A stretch of DNA of 64,000 bases from assembly GCA_964016885.1 (NCBI GenBank), contig OZ024742.1, positions 149,048,001-149,112,000 on the forward strand, written 5' to 3'. Below are positions 13,663 to 26,900 of the stretch, piece after piece (positions within the stretch are counted from its first letter, which is position 1; each line of letters starts with the position of its first letter). The notes below the pieces were generated by a model, which made no database searches, had not been told where the DNA came from, and saw only the letters and a list, made by a program, of their open reading frames with translations. The position numbers were made by a program, and so were the translations under genes. This DNA comes from Eledone cirrhosa. Lineage: Eukaryota.

Positions 13663-13740
13663 CTTATATTCTTCAACAACAACAGCTAAAGCATCATGTC
13701 CAGCTTGTCGAATGGCTTCCAAATCAGATGCATGTTTTGC
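13663..13740 (-). CDS. CCDC91: Signature exon: AKHASDLEAIRQAGHDALAVVVEEYK
   Basis: tttcag acceptor and gtcagt donor; 78 bp. Resembles the human CCDC91 segment KHKQELEDMRKAGHEALSIIVDEYK (recalled from memory, not searched). Confidence 0.92.
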
Positions 13741-15409
13741 CTGAAATAGAAACAGCAAAAATAAGTTTTTACCAAACAGTGGGACATCATTTAAGGGAGA
13801 TTTGACTACTATTTCTAGCAGATTGAATGACCATATAGAAAATCCCGCATTAAGTTGCAAAGCTGACTGATATCCTATCCAAAGAAAAAGATTTTTCTTA
13901 GCCTTTTCTTAACCATATTTCAATTAATGAGGGATTTACTAAAATCATTAATCATTTCATTACTGAGAGAGTAACTTAATATATGCTTCTTATATATAAA
14001 ATGATGTTAGATTTTAATTTGAATAATAATTCTTTAAAATGGATGGTTTTGTTTCATTGGACCAGAGGTAGTTTTGAGTAGATTGATAATGAAATGGTTA
14101 ACATTTTGATGCTATGAACAATGTAAGATCTAGTATTAGATCATAGCACAAAATGTCAATCAATATATTTGCTCTCTGCACTGAGATCAAATCCTACCTT
14201 GATCAACTCTGCTTTTTTTTTCAAGGTCAATGAAATAAAGCATCTGTCTGGGGTGATGACTAGTGGAATTGGGTGAAATTGTTAGAGTTGAACAAGATAC
14301 TTTGTGGTGTCTGTTTTGGTCCTTTGTATTTTAAGTTCAAATCCCAAAGCAGGCTATATGGATAGTAGATTTAATGCGTCACCTTGATTAACACATGCCC
14401 ATTAGGTGCTTTTAGTAAAGTCCACTCCATTGCAAGCATCATGTTTTTAGTTTGAGGATGTCTTCCTCACTTCCTCCCAACATTCCTGGAGGCTTTGAAA
14501 GGAGTCATAGACACTGCCCTTATCTTCTTGACTAAACAGTAAAAAAAAAAAAGTCAGAAGGACCCTTCCGCTGTCAAAGACATGACAATGATCCCACACT
14601 CTACCGAGTGTGTTATCATGATACTAGCACTGAGAAGGTTGTTATGCCTTTGACACAGCTGAAGGGTCCTCCCAACATTTTATTTGGCAAACTTTCTACA
14701 GCTATATGCCCTTCCTATCACTAACCACTATACAGTGTACTGGGTGCATTTATCATGTACATCAACAACACTAGGGAAGTTATGTCTTTGACACAACTGA
14801 AAACGTTTATAGCGTAACCAGATGAAGAAGAGCACCGTTATCTCTTTTCAGAGCTGCCATGTTTGATGGCAGGAAAGAAGAAAGTTATCCTATGACTGAA
14901 GACCTGCACTTAAAATGCTTACAGCTGAGTGAACTGATATCATAGTTTTTAACTCAGTGACCAATTAAACCTACCACACAAAACTTAGCCTTCATCTCCC
15001 TGTTTATGAGGATTAGCATATCCCAGAGTATGATCACCCTGTCCTTCTCTGATTATTATTATTATACTATATAACAAAGATTTTGTTACAGAGATGTTTG
15101 AAAGAGTTTCTAGGTAATTTCGGAAAACTGATGTAAAATATGTTGTACCCATGATCCTTTTTCAGGGCTGTTAAGACTGGTAGAAGGAAAGAAGAAAGTT
15201 TCTCATTCTTGCCAAAACTCAATGAGAAAGCGCTTGTAGTTTCAACATCTTTTTTAGAGTTCACTAAAAGGTTTTCTCAGGAACCAAATAGTTAGAAACT
15301 ACTGTGAGCTCATAACTTATTAAAATGTATATAAAAGAATAACTTGCAGAATATCCTTCAAAATAGATATTTTGCATTCATATTTTGACTTCTTTGTAAA
15401 TCTCAATTG

Positions 15410-15710
15410 TCATTATCATCGTTTTATGTCTGCTTTTTGATGCTTGCATGGATTACATGGGTTTTTTTTACCAGCACAGCATCCCTCCACTCATTGCAGT
15501 GCTTCAGCAACTTGAGATCAACTCTCACAACCTCAGCATAGGTTATCCTTGGTCTCCCTCTACTGCAGCTTCTTTCTACTGGGATTTCTTAGCACATCTT
15601 CACCAACAATCATCATCCCTATGCATCACATGTCCACACCAGCACAGTTTTCTCTCCTGCATACTAAATCACAGCTTTTCTCTCAGCTCATCTATACTTT
15701 GTCTTAATGC
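15410..15710 (-). mobile_element. Old RTE 3' fragment
   Basis: Remnant of RLRWxGHVM...GRP, plus RTE terminus. Confidence 0.65.
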
Positions 15711-16223
15711 AGTAAGTAATGAGTATGGTGAATATTTCCATCAAGATCTCTGTCATTGGAAGGCACATGGAAAGGTAATTTCAACTTAAACAGGATGGAT
15801 AATTATTGGTTTTATATACCAAGACTTCTCTGAATCTCATAAACAAAAAAGAATAACACAACAGAGTGTTACTTTGCAAAAAATAACCATGAAGTAGTAA
15901 ATTTCAGTAATAACTTTATGCACATAGGGTGGATGTTTGTTTGCATGGATGATAACTCTGCCAGTGAAAATATATAGTCTACTCTGTTGCAAGCATTTGA
16001 ACCAGATCTCTGATCATGGGTTAATTTCATCCTTTTCTCCCACCATTCTTGAGGTCTTGAAATATGCTCATGGCTCTTACCCTGCCTCTTTTCACTAAAC
16101 CATAACGTTCTATTTCTTAATCATGACTGGCTGTCATACATCCAAGTAGTTACAATATCAATTTCCTCTCACTGACATGAACTTAGATTTGGAGAGACTA
16201 AAATGTAAAATGGTGACACTTAC

Positions 16224-16328
16224 TTGTAAAGACTCATATTTAGATTTCTGCTCAGAAAGTTGAACTTGCAGGCTATCTACCCGAGAGGTTAGCTCTATAT
16301 TTCTGCTACGCAGTTCATCCAGTTGCTT
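16224..16328 (-). CDS. CCDC91: Coiled-coil exon: KQLDELRSRNIELTSRVDSLQVQLSEQKSKYESLQ
   Basis: gttttacag acceptor and gtaagt donor; 105 bp, phase 0-0; Leu heptads. Confidence 0.88.
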
Positions 16329-17288
16329 CTGTAAAACAAAATTTAAAAAATGCTTTAATAACTGTTGGTATACAAGGGTTATATTTGGCTGTGAGTTATA
16401 TGTGTAGCTGCATAGTCATATTTGTGTGTGTATGTATATCTCTGCATGGTTCTCTATGTGTATGTATATATTTGTGTGCTTATATCCATTTATGTAGATG
16501 TCCATCTTTATATTATAATAATGCCCATAGTAAATGGAGGTTGTATAATATTGTTGGTGCACCCAATTGTGTTCAAACGTAATTAAATGTCCATCTGTAT
16601 ATATGCATTATATGACTAGTCAATGCAACGGTTACTCAATATTAAAAGAAATCACTTCAAGATATCTTTAATCTACATCAAACCCAATCTATTCATTCCC
16701 ACAATCACACTACTTATATACTGCACACAATTATTTCTCATCATATCATCATCATCATTTTTACATCAACTTTTCCATACTGGCATGGGTTGGATGGGAC
16801 TTTTGAGGCAATGTTTTACAACCACATGACCTTCCTAATATCAACCCTTTTAGTCACTTCTTACCACACTCAGAAATACTGTGTACTTATTCTAAACTGG
16901 ATACACACAGCCATATATCTATGCCATTAAAGTTGGTTCTTCCCAATACAGTGAACGATGCTTGTCATATCGAAATGTCTTATTTGATAATTTACAAAAT
17001 CCTGCTGCACCTAAAACAAACCAGACACACATAAATGTTCTATAATATCTATGTTTTGCTTCTATTTAGGACAAATGAATTATGATGACACCACTGTAAG
17101 ATGAGCATAGCAGATAAGAAAGTTTGGCAGATGTTGTTGAGGTTGTGTGTGAATGTGTGTTGACTAGTCAAAATCTAGAGAATGGCTGAATCTAAGTTGG
17201 AATTCAATAGTCCAGCATCTCATAGCTTCACAACCATTATGTTGATTACAAAGCTGAAAATATAAATAAACACTTTATCAATAATTAC

Positions 17289-17870
17289 CAATAAGTAACT
17301 GTCTCTTTGTCCATCAGAATGATCACGTCGCCTCTCCTGCTTTGGAACAACGGGCAAACCACCAGTAGCACCACCAAGATCTTCAATTACAGAGGGTGGT
17401 TGCTGCTGCTGCTGTTGTGATGTTGGTGGATGTGTGCGTTGGTGGTGTGGATGATGGTGTTGTGGTAAAGATTGGTGGTGGTGGTGCTGTTGTTGTTGTT
17501 GTTGTTCCTGCTGCGGCAGAGGTGTGGGAGGGTGTGGTTGCGGCGGCAGAGGTTGCCGTATACATTGGTCAGGGACATAATGTTGGGGTCCATTCATAAC
17601 CTCATCAAAGCTTGGACAGCGAGGAGATGCAGATGCATTTCCATGTCGCCAGTTTGCTGACTGGTTGAGGTCCGGTACATCAGCCATGGAGATGCCTTCG
17701 TGGCCATATGATGGACGCCTCCAGCTTGGTCCCGCGGGGCTGACTAGATCTACACCAGCAACACTGTTATTGAGATCACACCGCCTCACTTGGTGATCAG
17801 TCATAGTCGGAGCATTAAACATTCCATTCATCATATTTTGTTGCATACCATGCCGTTCCAGATTCAAATT
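17289..17870 (-). CDS. CCDC91: Large Q/H/P-rich exon (194 codons): NLNLERHGMQQ...RDSYLL
   Basis: TACTAAT branch point plus ttttcag acceptor, gtaatt donor; 582 bp open frame, phase 0-0, GC-richer than the flanks. The donor position is less certain. Confidence 0.75.
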
Positions 17871-17910
17871 CTGAAAATTAAAAAAATTAGTAAAACTTGA
17901 AAAACTATGA

Positions 17911-20900
17911 TGTAAGCACTAGAGATGGTGGTATTATAGTGAGGTAAGCACTAGAGATGGTGGTATTATAGAGAGGTAAGCACTAGAGATGGTGGTATTA
18001 TAGAGAGGTTAGCACTGGAGATGGTGGTATTATAGAGAGGTTAGCACTAGAGATGGTGGTATTATAGAGAGGTAAGCACTAGAGATGGTGGTATTATAGT
18101 GAGGTTAGCACTGGAGATGGTGGTATTATAGAGAGGTTAGTACTAGAGATGGTGATATTATAGAGAGGTTAGTACTAGAGATGGTGGTATTATAGTGAGG
18201 TTAGTACTAGAGATGGTGGTATTATAGAGAGGTAAGCACTAGAGATGGTGGTATTATAGAGAGGTTAGCACTAGAGATGGTGGTATTATAGAGAGGTTAG
18301 TACTAGAGATGGTGGTATTATAGAGAGGTTAGCACTAGAGATGGTGGTATTATAGTGAGGTTAGTACTAGAGATGGTGGTATTATAGTGAGGTAAGCACT
18401 AGAGATGGTGGTATTATAGTGAGGTAAGCACTAGAGATGGTGGTATTATAGTGAGGTTAGCACTAGAGATGGTGGTATTATAGTGACGTTAGCACTAGAG
18501 ATGGTGGTATTATAGTGAGGTAAGCACTAGAGATGGTGGTATTATAGAGAGGTTAGCACTGGAGATGGTGGTATTATAGAGAGGTTAGCACTAGAGATGG
18601 TGGTATTATAGAGAGGTAAGCACTAGAGATGGTGGTATTATAGTGAGGTTAGCACTGGAGATGGTGGTATTATAGAGAGGTTAGTACTAGAGATGGTGAT
18701 ATTATAGAGAGGTTAGTACTAGAGATGGTGGTATTATAGTGAGGTTAGTACTAGAGATGGTGGTATTATAGAGAGGTAAGCACTAGAGATGGTGGTATTA
18801 TAGAGAGGTAAGCACTAGAGATGGTGGTATTATAGAGAGGTTAGCACTAGAGATGGTGGTATTATAGAGAGGTTAGCACTAGAGATGGTGGTATTATAGA
18901 GAGGTTAGCACTAGAGATGGTGGTATTATAGAGAGGTTAGCACTAGAGATGGTGGTATTATAGAGAGGTTAGCACTAGAGATGGTGGTATTATAGAGAGG
19001 TTAGTACTAGAGATGGTGATATTATAGAGAGGTTAGTACTAGAGATGGTGGTATTATAGTGAGGTAAGCACTAGAGATGGTGGTATTATAGTGAGGTTAG
19101 TACTAGAGATGGTGGTATTATAGAGAGGTTAGCACTAGAGATGGTGGTATTATAGAGAGGTTAGCACTAGAGATGGTGGTATTATAGAGAGGTTAGCACT
19201 AGAGATGGTGGTATTATAGAGAGGTTAGCACTAGAGATGGTGGTATTATAGAGAGGTTAGTACTAGAGATGGTGGTATTATAGTGAGGTTAGCACTAGAG
19301 ATGGTGGTATTATAGAGAGGTTAGTACTAGAGATGGTGGTATTATAGAGAGGTTAGTACTAGAGATGGTGGTATTATAGAAAGGTAAGCACTAGAGATGG
19401 TGGTATTATAGAGAGGTTAGTACTAGAGATGGTGATATTATAGAGAGGTTAGTACTAGAGATGGTGGTATTATAGAGAGGTTAGTACTAGAGATGGTGGT
19501 ATTATAGTGAGGTAAGCACTAGAGATGGTGGTATTATAGAGAGGTAAGCACTAGAGATGGTGGTATTATAGAGAGGTTAGCACTAGAGATGGTGGTATTA
19601 TAGAGAGGTAAGCACTAGAGATGGTGGTATTATAGTGAGGTAAGCACTAGAGATGGTGGTATTATAGAGAGGTTAGTACTAGAGATGGTGGTATTATAGA
19701 GAGGTTAGTACTAGAGATGGTGATATTATAGAGAGGTTAGTACTAGAGATGGTGGTATTATAGAGAGGTTAGTACTAGAGATGGTGGTATTATAGTGAGG
19801 TAAGCACTAGAGATGGTGGTATTATAGAGAGGTTAGTACTAGAGATGGTGGTATTATAGTGAGGTAAGTACTAGAGATGGTGGTATTATAGTGAGGTTAG
19901 CACTAGAGATGGTGGTATTATAGAGAGGTTAGTACTAGAGATGGTGGTATTATAGTGAGGTAAGTACTAGAGATGGTGGTATTATAGTGAGGTAAGCACT
20001 AGAGATGGTGGTATTATAGTGAGGTAAGTACTAGAGATGGTGGTATTATAGTGTGGTAAGTACTAGAGATGGTGGTATTATAGTGAGGTAAGCACTAGAG
20101 ATGGTGGTATTATAGTGAGGTAAGTACTAGAGATGGTGGTATTATAGAGAGGTTAGTACTAGAGATGGTGGTATTATAGTGAGGTAAGCACTAGAGATGG
20201 TGGTATTATAGTGAGGTAAGCACTAGAGATGGTGGTATTATAGAGAGGTAAGTACTAGAGATGGTGGTATTATAGAGAGGTTAGCACTAGAGATGGTGGT
20301 ATTATAGTGAGGTTAGCACTAGAGATGGTGGTATTATAGTGAGGTAAGCACTAGAGATGGTGGTATTATAGAGAGGTTAGTACTAGAGATGGTGGTATTA
20401 TAGTGAGGTTAGCACTAGAGATGGTGATATTATAGTGAGGTAAGCACTAGAGATGGTGGTATTATAGAGAGGTTAGTACTAGAGATGGTGGTATTATAGT
20501 GAGGTAAGCACTAGAGATGGTGGTATTATAGAGAGGTTAGCACTAGAGATGGTGGTATTATAGTGAGGTAAGCACTAGAGATGGTGGTATTATAGTGAGG
20601 TTAGCACTAGAGATGGTGGTATTATAGTGAGGTAAGCACTAGAGATGGTGGTATTATAGAGAGGTTAGTACTAGAGATGGTGGTATTATAGAGAGGTTAG
20701 CACTAGAGATGGTGGTATTATAGAGAGGTTAGCACTAGAGATGGTGATATTATAGTGAGGTAAGCACTAGAGATGGTGGTATTATAGAGAGGTTAGTACT
20801 AGAGATGGTGGTATTATAGTGAGGTAAGCACTAGAGATGGTGGTATTATAGAGAGGTTAGCACTAGAGATGGTGGTATTATAGAGAGGTTAGCACTAGAG

Positions 20901-23900
20901 ATGGTGGTATTATAGAGAGGTTAGCACTAGAGATGGTGATATTATAGTGAGGTAAGCACTAGAGATGGTGGTATTATAGAGAGGTTAGTACTAGAGATGG
21001 TGGTATTATAGTGAGGTAAGCACTAGAGATGGTGGTATTATAGAGAGGTTAGCACTAGAGATGGTGGTATTATAGTGAGGTAAGCACTAGAGATGGTGGT
21101 ATTATAGAGAGGTTAGTACTAGAGATGGTGGTATTATAGTGAGGTAAGCACTAGAGATGGTGGTATTATAGAGAGGTTAGTACTAGAGATGGTGGTATTA
21201 TAGTGAGGTAAGCACTAGAGATGGTGGTATTATAGAGAGGTTAGCACTAGAGATGGTGGTATTATAGAGAGGTTAGTACTAGAGATGGTGGTATTATAGT
21301 GAGGTAAGCACTAGAGATGGTGGTATTATAGAGAGGTAAGCACTAGAGATGGTGGTATTATAGAGAGGTAAGCACCAGAGATGGTGGTATTATAGAGAGG
21401 TAAGCACTAGAGATGGTGGTATTATAGTGAGGTAAGCACTAGAGATGGTGGTATTATAGTGAGGTAAGCACTAGAGATGGTGGTATTATAGAGAGGTTAG
21501 CACTAGAGATGGTGGTATTATAGAGAGGTTAGCACTAGAGATGGTGGTATTATAGAGAGGTTAGCACTAGAGATGGTGATATTATAGTGAGGTAAGCACT
21601 AGAGATGGTGGTATTATAGAGAGGTTAGCACTAGAGATGGTGGTATTATAGAGAGGTTAGTACTAGAGATGGTGGTATTATAGAGAGGTAAGCACTAGAG
21701 ATGGTGGTATTATAGAGAGGTAAGCACTAGAGATGGTGGTATTATAGAGAGGTAAGCACTAGAGATGGTGGTATTATAGTGAGGTAAGCACTAGAGATGG
21801 TGGTATTATAGTGAGGTAAGCACTAGAGATGGTGGTATTATAGACAGGTTAGCACTAGAGATGGTGGTATTATAGAGAGGTTAGCACTAGAGATGGTGGT
21901 ATTATAGAGAGGTTAGCACTAGAGATGGTGATATTATAGTGAGGTAAGCACTAGAGATGGTGGTATTATAGAGAGGTTAGCACTAGAGATGGTGGTATTA
22001 TAGAGAGGTTAGTACTAGAGATGGTGGTATTATAGTGAGGTAAGCACTAGAGATGGTGGTATTATAGAGAGGTTAGTACTAGAGATGGTGGTATTATAGT
22101 GAGGTTAGCACTAGAGATGGTGATATTATAGAGAGGTTAGCACTAGAGATGGTGGTATTATAGAGAGGTTAGTACTAGAGATGGTGGTATTATAGTGAGG
22201 TAAGCACTAGAGATGGTGGTATTATAGTGAGGTAAGCACTAGAGATGGTGGTATTATAGTGAGGTAAGCACTAGAGATGGTGGTATTATAGAGAGGTTAG
22301 TACTAGAGATGGTGGTATTATAGTGAGGTAAGCACTAGAGATGGTGGTATTATAGTGAGGTAAGCACTAGAGATGGTGGTATTATAGTGAGGTAAGCACT
22401 AGAGATGGTGGTATTATAGTGAGGTAAGCACTAGAGATGGTGGTATTATAGTGAGGTAAGTACTAGAGATGGTGGTATTATAGAGAGGTTAGTACTAGAG
22501 ATGGTGGTATTATAGAGAGGTTAGCACTAGAGATGGTGGTATTATAGTGAGGTAAGCACTAGAGATGGTGGTATTATAGAGAGGTAAGCACTAGAGATGG
22601 TGGTATTATAGAGAGGTTAGTACTAGAGATGGTGGTATTATAGAGAGGTTAGTACTAGAGATGGTGGTATTATAGAGAGGTAAGCACTAGAGATGGTGGT
22701 ATTATAGAGAGGTTAGTACTAGAGATGGTGGTATTATAGAGAGGTTAGTACTAGAGATGGTGGTATTATAGTGGGGTTAGCACTAGAGATGGTGGTATTA
22801 TAGTGAGGTAAGCACTAGAGATGGTGGTATTATAGTGAGGTTAGCACTAGAGATGGTGGTATTATAGAGAGGTAAGCACTAGAGATGGTGGTATTATAGA
22901 GAGGTAAGCACTAGAGATGGTGGTATTATAGAGAGGTTAGCACTAGAGATGGTGGTATTATAGAGAGGTAAGCACTAGAGATGGTGGTATTATAGTGAGG
23001 TAAGCACTAGAGATGGTGGTATTATAGAGAGGTTAGTACTAGAGATGGTGGTATTATAGAGAGGTTAGTACTAGAGATGGTGATATTATAGAGAGGTTAG
23101 TACTAGAGATGGTGGTATTATAGAGAGGTTAGTACTAGAGATGGTGGTATTATAGTGAGGTAAGCACTAGAGATGGTGGTATTATAGAGAGGTTAGTACT
23201 AGAGATGGTGGTATTATAGTGAGGTAAGTACTAGAGATGGTGGTATTATAGTGAGGTTAGCACTAGAGATGGTGGTATTATAGAGAGGTTAGTACTAGAG
23301 ATGGTGGTATTATAGTGAGGTAAGTACTAGAGATGGTGGTATTATAGTGAGGTAAGCACTAGAGATGGTGGTATTATAGTGAGGTAAGTACTAGAGATGG
23401 TGGTATTATAGTGTGGTAAGTACTAGAGATGGTGGTATTATAGTGAGGTAAGCACTAGAGATGGTGGTATTATAGTGAGGTAAGTACTAGAGATGGTGGT
23501 ATTATAGAGAGGTTAGTACTAGAGATGGTGGTATTATAGTGAGGTAAGCACTAGAGATGGTGGTATTATAGTGAGGTAAGCACTAGAGATGGTGGTATTA
23601 TAGAGAGGTAAGTACTAGAGATGGTGGTATTATAGAGAGGTTAGCACTAGAGATGGTGGTATTATAGTGAGGTTAGCACTAGAGATGGTGGTATTATAGT
23701 GAGGTAAGCACTAGAGATGGTGGTATTATAGAGAGGTTAGTACTAGAGATGGTGGTATTATAGTGAGGTTAGCACTAGAGATGGTGATATTATAGTGAGG
23801 TAAGCACTAGAGATGGTGGTATTATAGAGAGGTTAGTACTAGAGATGGTGGTATTATAGTGAGGTAAGCACTAGAGATGGTGGTATTATAGAGAGGTTAG

Positions 23901-26900
23901 CACTAGAGATGGTGGTATTATAGTGAGGTAAGCACTAGAGATGGTGGTATTATAGTGAGGTTAGCACTAGAGATGGTGGTATTATAGTGAGGTAAGCACT
24001 AGAGATGGTGGTATTATAGAGAGGTTAGTACTAGAGATGGTGGTATTATAGAGAGGTTAGCACTAGAGATGGTGGTATTATAGAGAGGTTAGCACTAGAG
24101 ATGGTGATATTATAGTGAGGTAAGCACTAGAGATGGTGGTATTATAGAGAGGTTAGTACTAGAGATGGTGGTATTATAGTGAGGTAAGCACTAGAGATGG
24201 TGGTATTATAGAGAGGTTAGCACTAGAGATGGTGGTATTATAGAGAGGTTAGCACTAGAGATGGTGGTATTATAGAGAGGTTAGCACTAGAGATGGTGAT
24301 ATTATAGTGAGGTAAGCACTAGAGATGGTGGTATTATAGAGAGGTTAGTACTAGAGATGGTGGTATTATAGTGAGGTAAGCACTAGAGATGGTGGTATTA
24401 TAGAGAGGTTAGCACTAGAGATGGTGGTATTATAGTGAGGTAAGCACTAGAGATGGTGGTATTATAGAGAGGTTAGTACTAGAGATGGTGGTATTATAGT
24501 GAGGTAAGCACTAGAGATGGTGGTATTATAGAGAGGTTAGTACTAGAGATGGTGGTATTATAGTGAGGTAAGCACTAGAGATGGTGGTATTATAGAGAGG
24601 TTAGCACTAGAGATGGTGGTATTATAGAGAGGTTAGTACTAGAGATGGTGGTATTATAGTGAGGTAAGCACTAGAGATGGTGGTATTATAGAGAGGTAAG
24701 CACTAGAGATGGTGGTATTATAGAGAGGTAAGCACCAGAGATGGTGGTATTATAGAGAGGTAAGCACTAGAGATGGTGGTATTATAGTGAGGTAAGCACT
24801 AGAGATGGTGGTATTATAGTGAGGTAAGCACTAGAGATGGTGGTATTATAGAGAGGTTAGCACTAGAGATGGTGGTATTATAGAGAGGTTAGCACTAGAG
24901 ATGGTGGTATTATAGAGAGGTTAGCACTAGAGATGGTGATATTATAGTGAGGTAAGCACTAGAGATGGTGGTATTATAGAGAGGTTAGCACTAGAGATGG
25001 TGGTATTATAGAGAGGTTAGTACTAGAGATGGTGGTATTATAGAGAGGTAAGCACTAGAGATGGTGGTATTATAGAGAGGTAAGCACTAGAGATGGTGGT
25101 ATTATAGAGAGGTAAGCACTAGAGATGGTGGTATTATAGTGAGGTAAGCACTAGAGATGGTGGTATTATAGTGAGGTAAGCACTAGAGATGGTGGTATTA
25201 TAGACAGGTTAGCACTAGAGATGGTGGTATTATAGAGAGGTTAGCACTAGAGATGGTGGTATTATAGAGAGGTTAGCACTAGAGATGGTGATATTATAGT
25301 GAGGTAAGCACTAGAGATGGTGGTATTATAGAGAGGTTAGCACTAGAGATGGTGGTATTATAGAGAGGTTAGTACTAGAGATGGTGGTATTATAGTGAGG
25401 TAAGCACTAGAGATGGTGGTATTATAGAGAGGTTAGTACTAGAGATGGTGGTATTATAGTGAGGTTAGCACTAGAGATGGTGATATTATAGAGAGGTTAG
25501 CACTAGAGATGGTGGTATTATAGAGAGGTTAGTACTAGAGATGGTGGTATTATAGTGAGGTAAGCACTAGAGATGGTGGTATTATAGTGAGGTAAGCACT
25601 AGAGATGGTGGTATTATAGTGAGGTAAGCACTAGAGATGGTGGTATTATAGAGAGGTTAGTACTAGAGATGGTGGTATTATAGTGAGGTAAGCACTAGAG
25701 ATGGTGGTATTATAGTGAGGTAAGCACTAGAGATGGTGGTATTATAGTGAGGTAAGCACTAGAGATGGTGGTATTATAGTGAGGTAAGCACTAGAGATGG
25801 TGGTATTATAGTGAGGTAAGTACTAGAGATGGTGGTATTATAGAGAGGTTAGTACTAGAGATGGTGGTATTATAGAGAGGTTAGCACTAGAGATGGTGGT
25901 ATTATAGTGAGGTAAGCACTAGAGATGGTGGTATTATAGAGAGGTAAGCACTAGAGATGGTGGTATTATAGAGAGGTTAGTACTAGAGATGGTGGTATTA
26001 TAGAGAGGTTAGTACTAGAGATGGTGGTATTATAGAGAGGTAAGCACTAGAGATGGTGGTATTATAGAGAGGTTAGTACTAGAGATGGTGGTATTATAGA
26101 GAGGTTAGTACTAGAGATGGTGGTATTATAGTGGGGTTAGCACTAGAGATGGTGGTATTATAGTGAGGTAAGCACTAGAGATGGTGGTATTATAGTGAGG
26201 TTAGCACTAGAGATGGTGGTATTATAGAGAGGTAAGCACTAGAGATGGTGGTATTATAGAGAGGTTAGCACTAGAGATGGTGGTATTATAGAGAGGTTAG
26301 TACTAGAGATGGTGGTATTATAGTGAGGTAAGCACTAGAGATGGTGGTATTATAGTGAGGTTAGCACTAGAGATGGTGGTATTATAGAGAGGTAAGCACT
26401 AGAGATGGTGGTATTATAGAGAGGTTAGCACTAGAGATGGTGGTATTATAGAGAGGTTAGCACTAGAGATGGTGGTATTATAGAGAGGTTAGCACTAGAG
26501 ATGGTGGTATTATAGTGAGGTAAGCACTAGAGATGGTGGTATTATAGTGAGGTTAGCACTAGAGATGGTGGTATTATAGAGAGGTTAGCACTAGAGATGG
26601 TGGTATTATAGAGAGGTTAGCACTAGAGATGGTGGTATTATAGTGAGGTTAGCACTAGAGATGGTGGTATTATAGAGAGGTAAGCACTAGAGATGGTGGT
26701 ATTATAGAGAGGTTAGTACTAGAGATGGTGGTATAATAGTGAGGTAAGCACTAGAGCTGGTGGTATTATAGAGAGGTTAGTACTAGAGATGGTGGTATTA
26801 TAGAGAGGTTAGCACTAGAGATGGTGGTATTATAGTGAGGTTAGCACTAGAGATGGTGGTATTATAGTGAGGTTAGCACTAGAGATGGTGGTATTATAGA

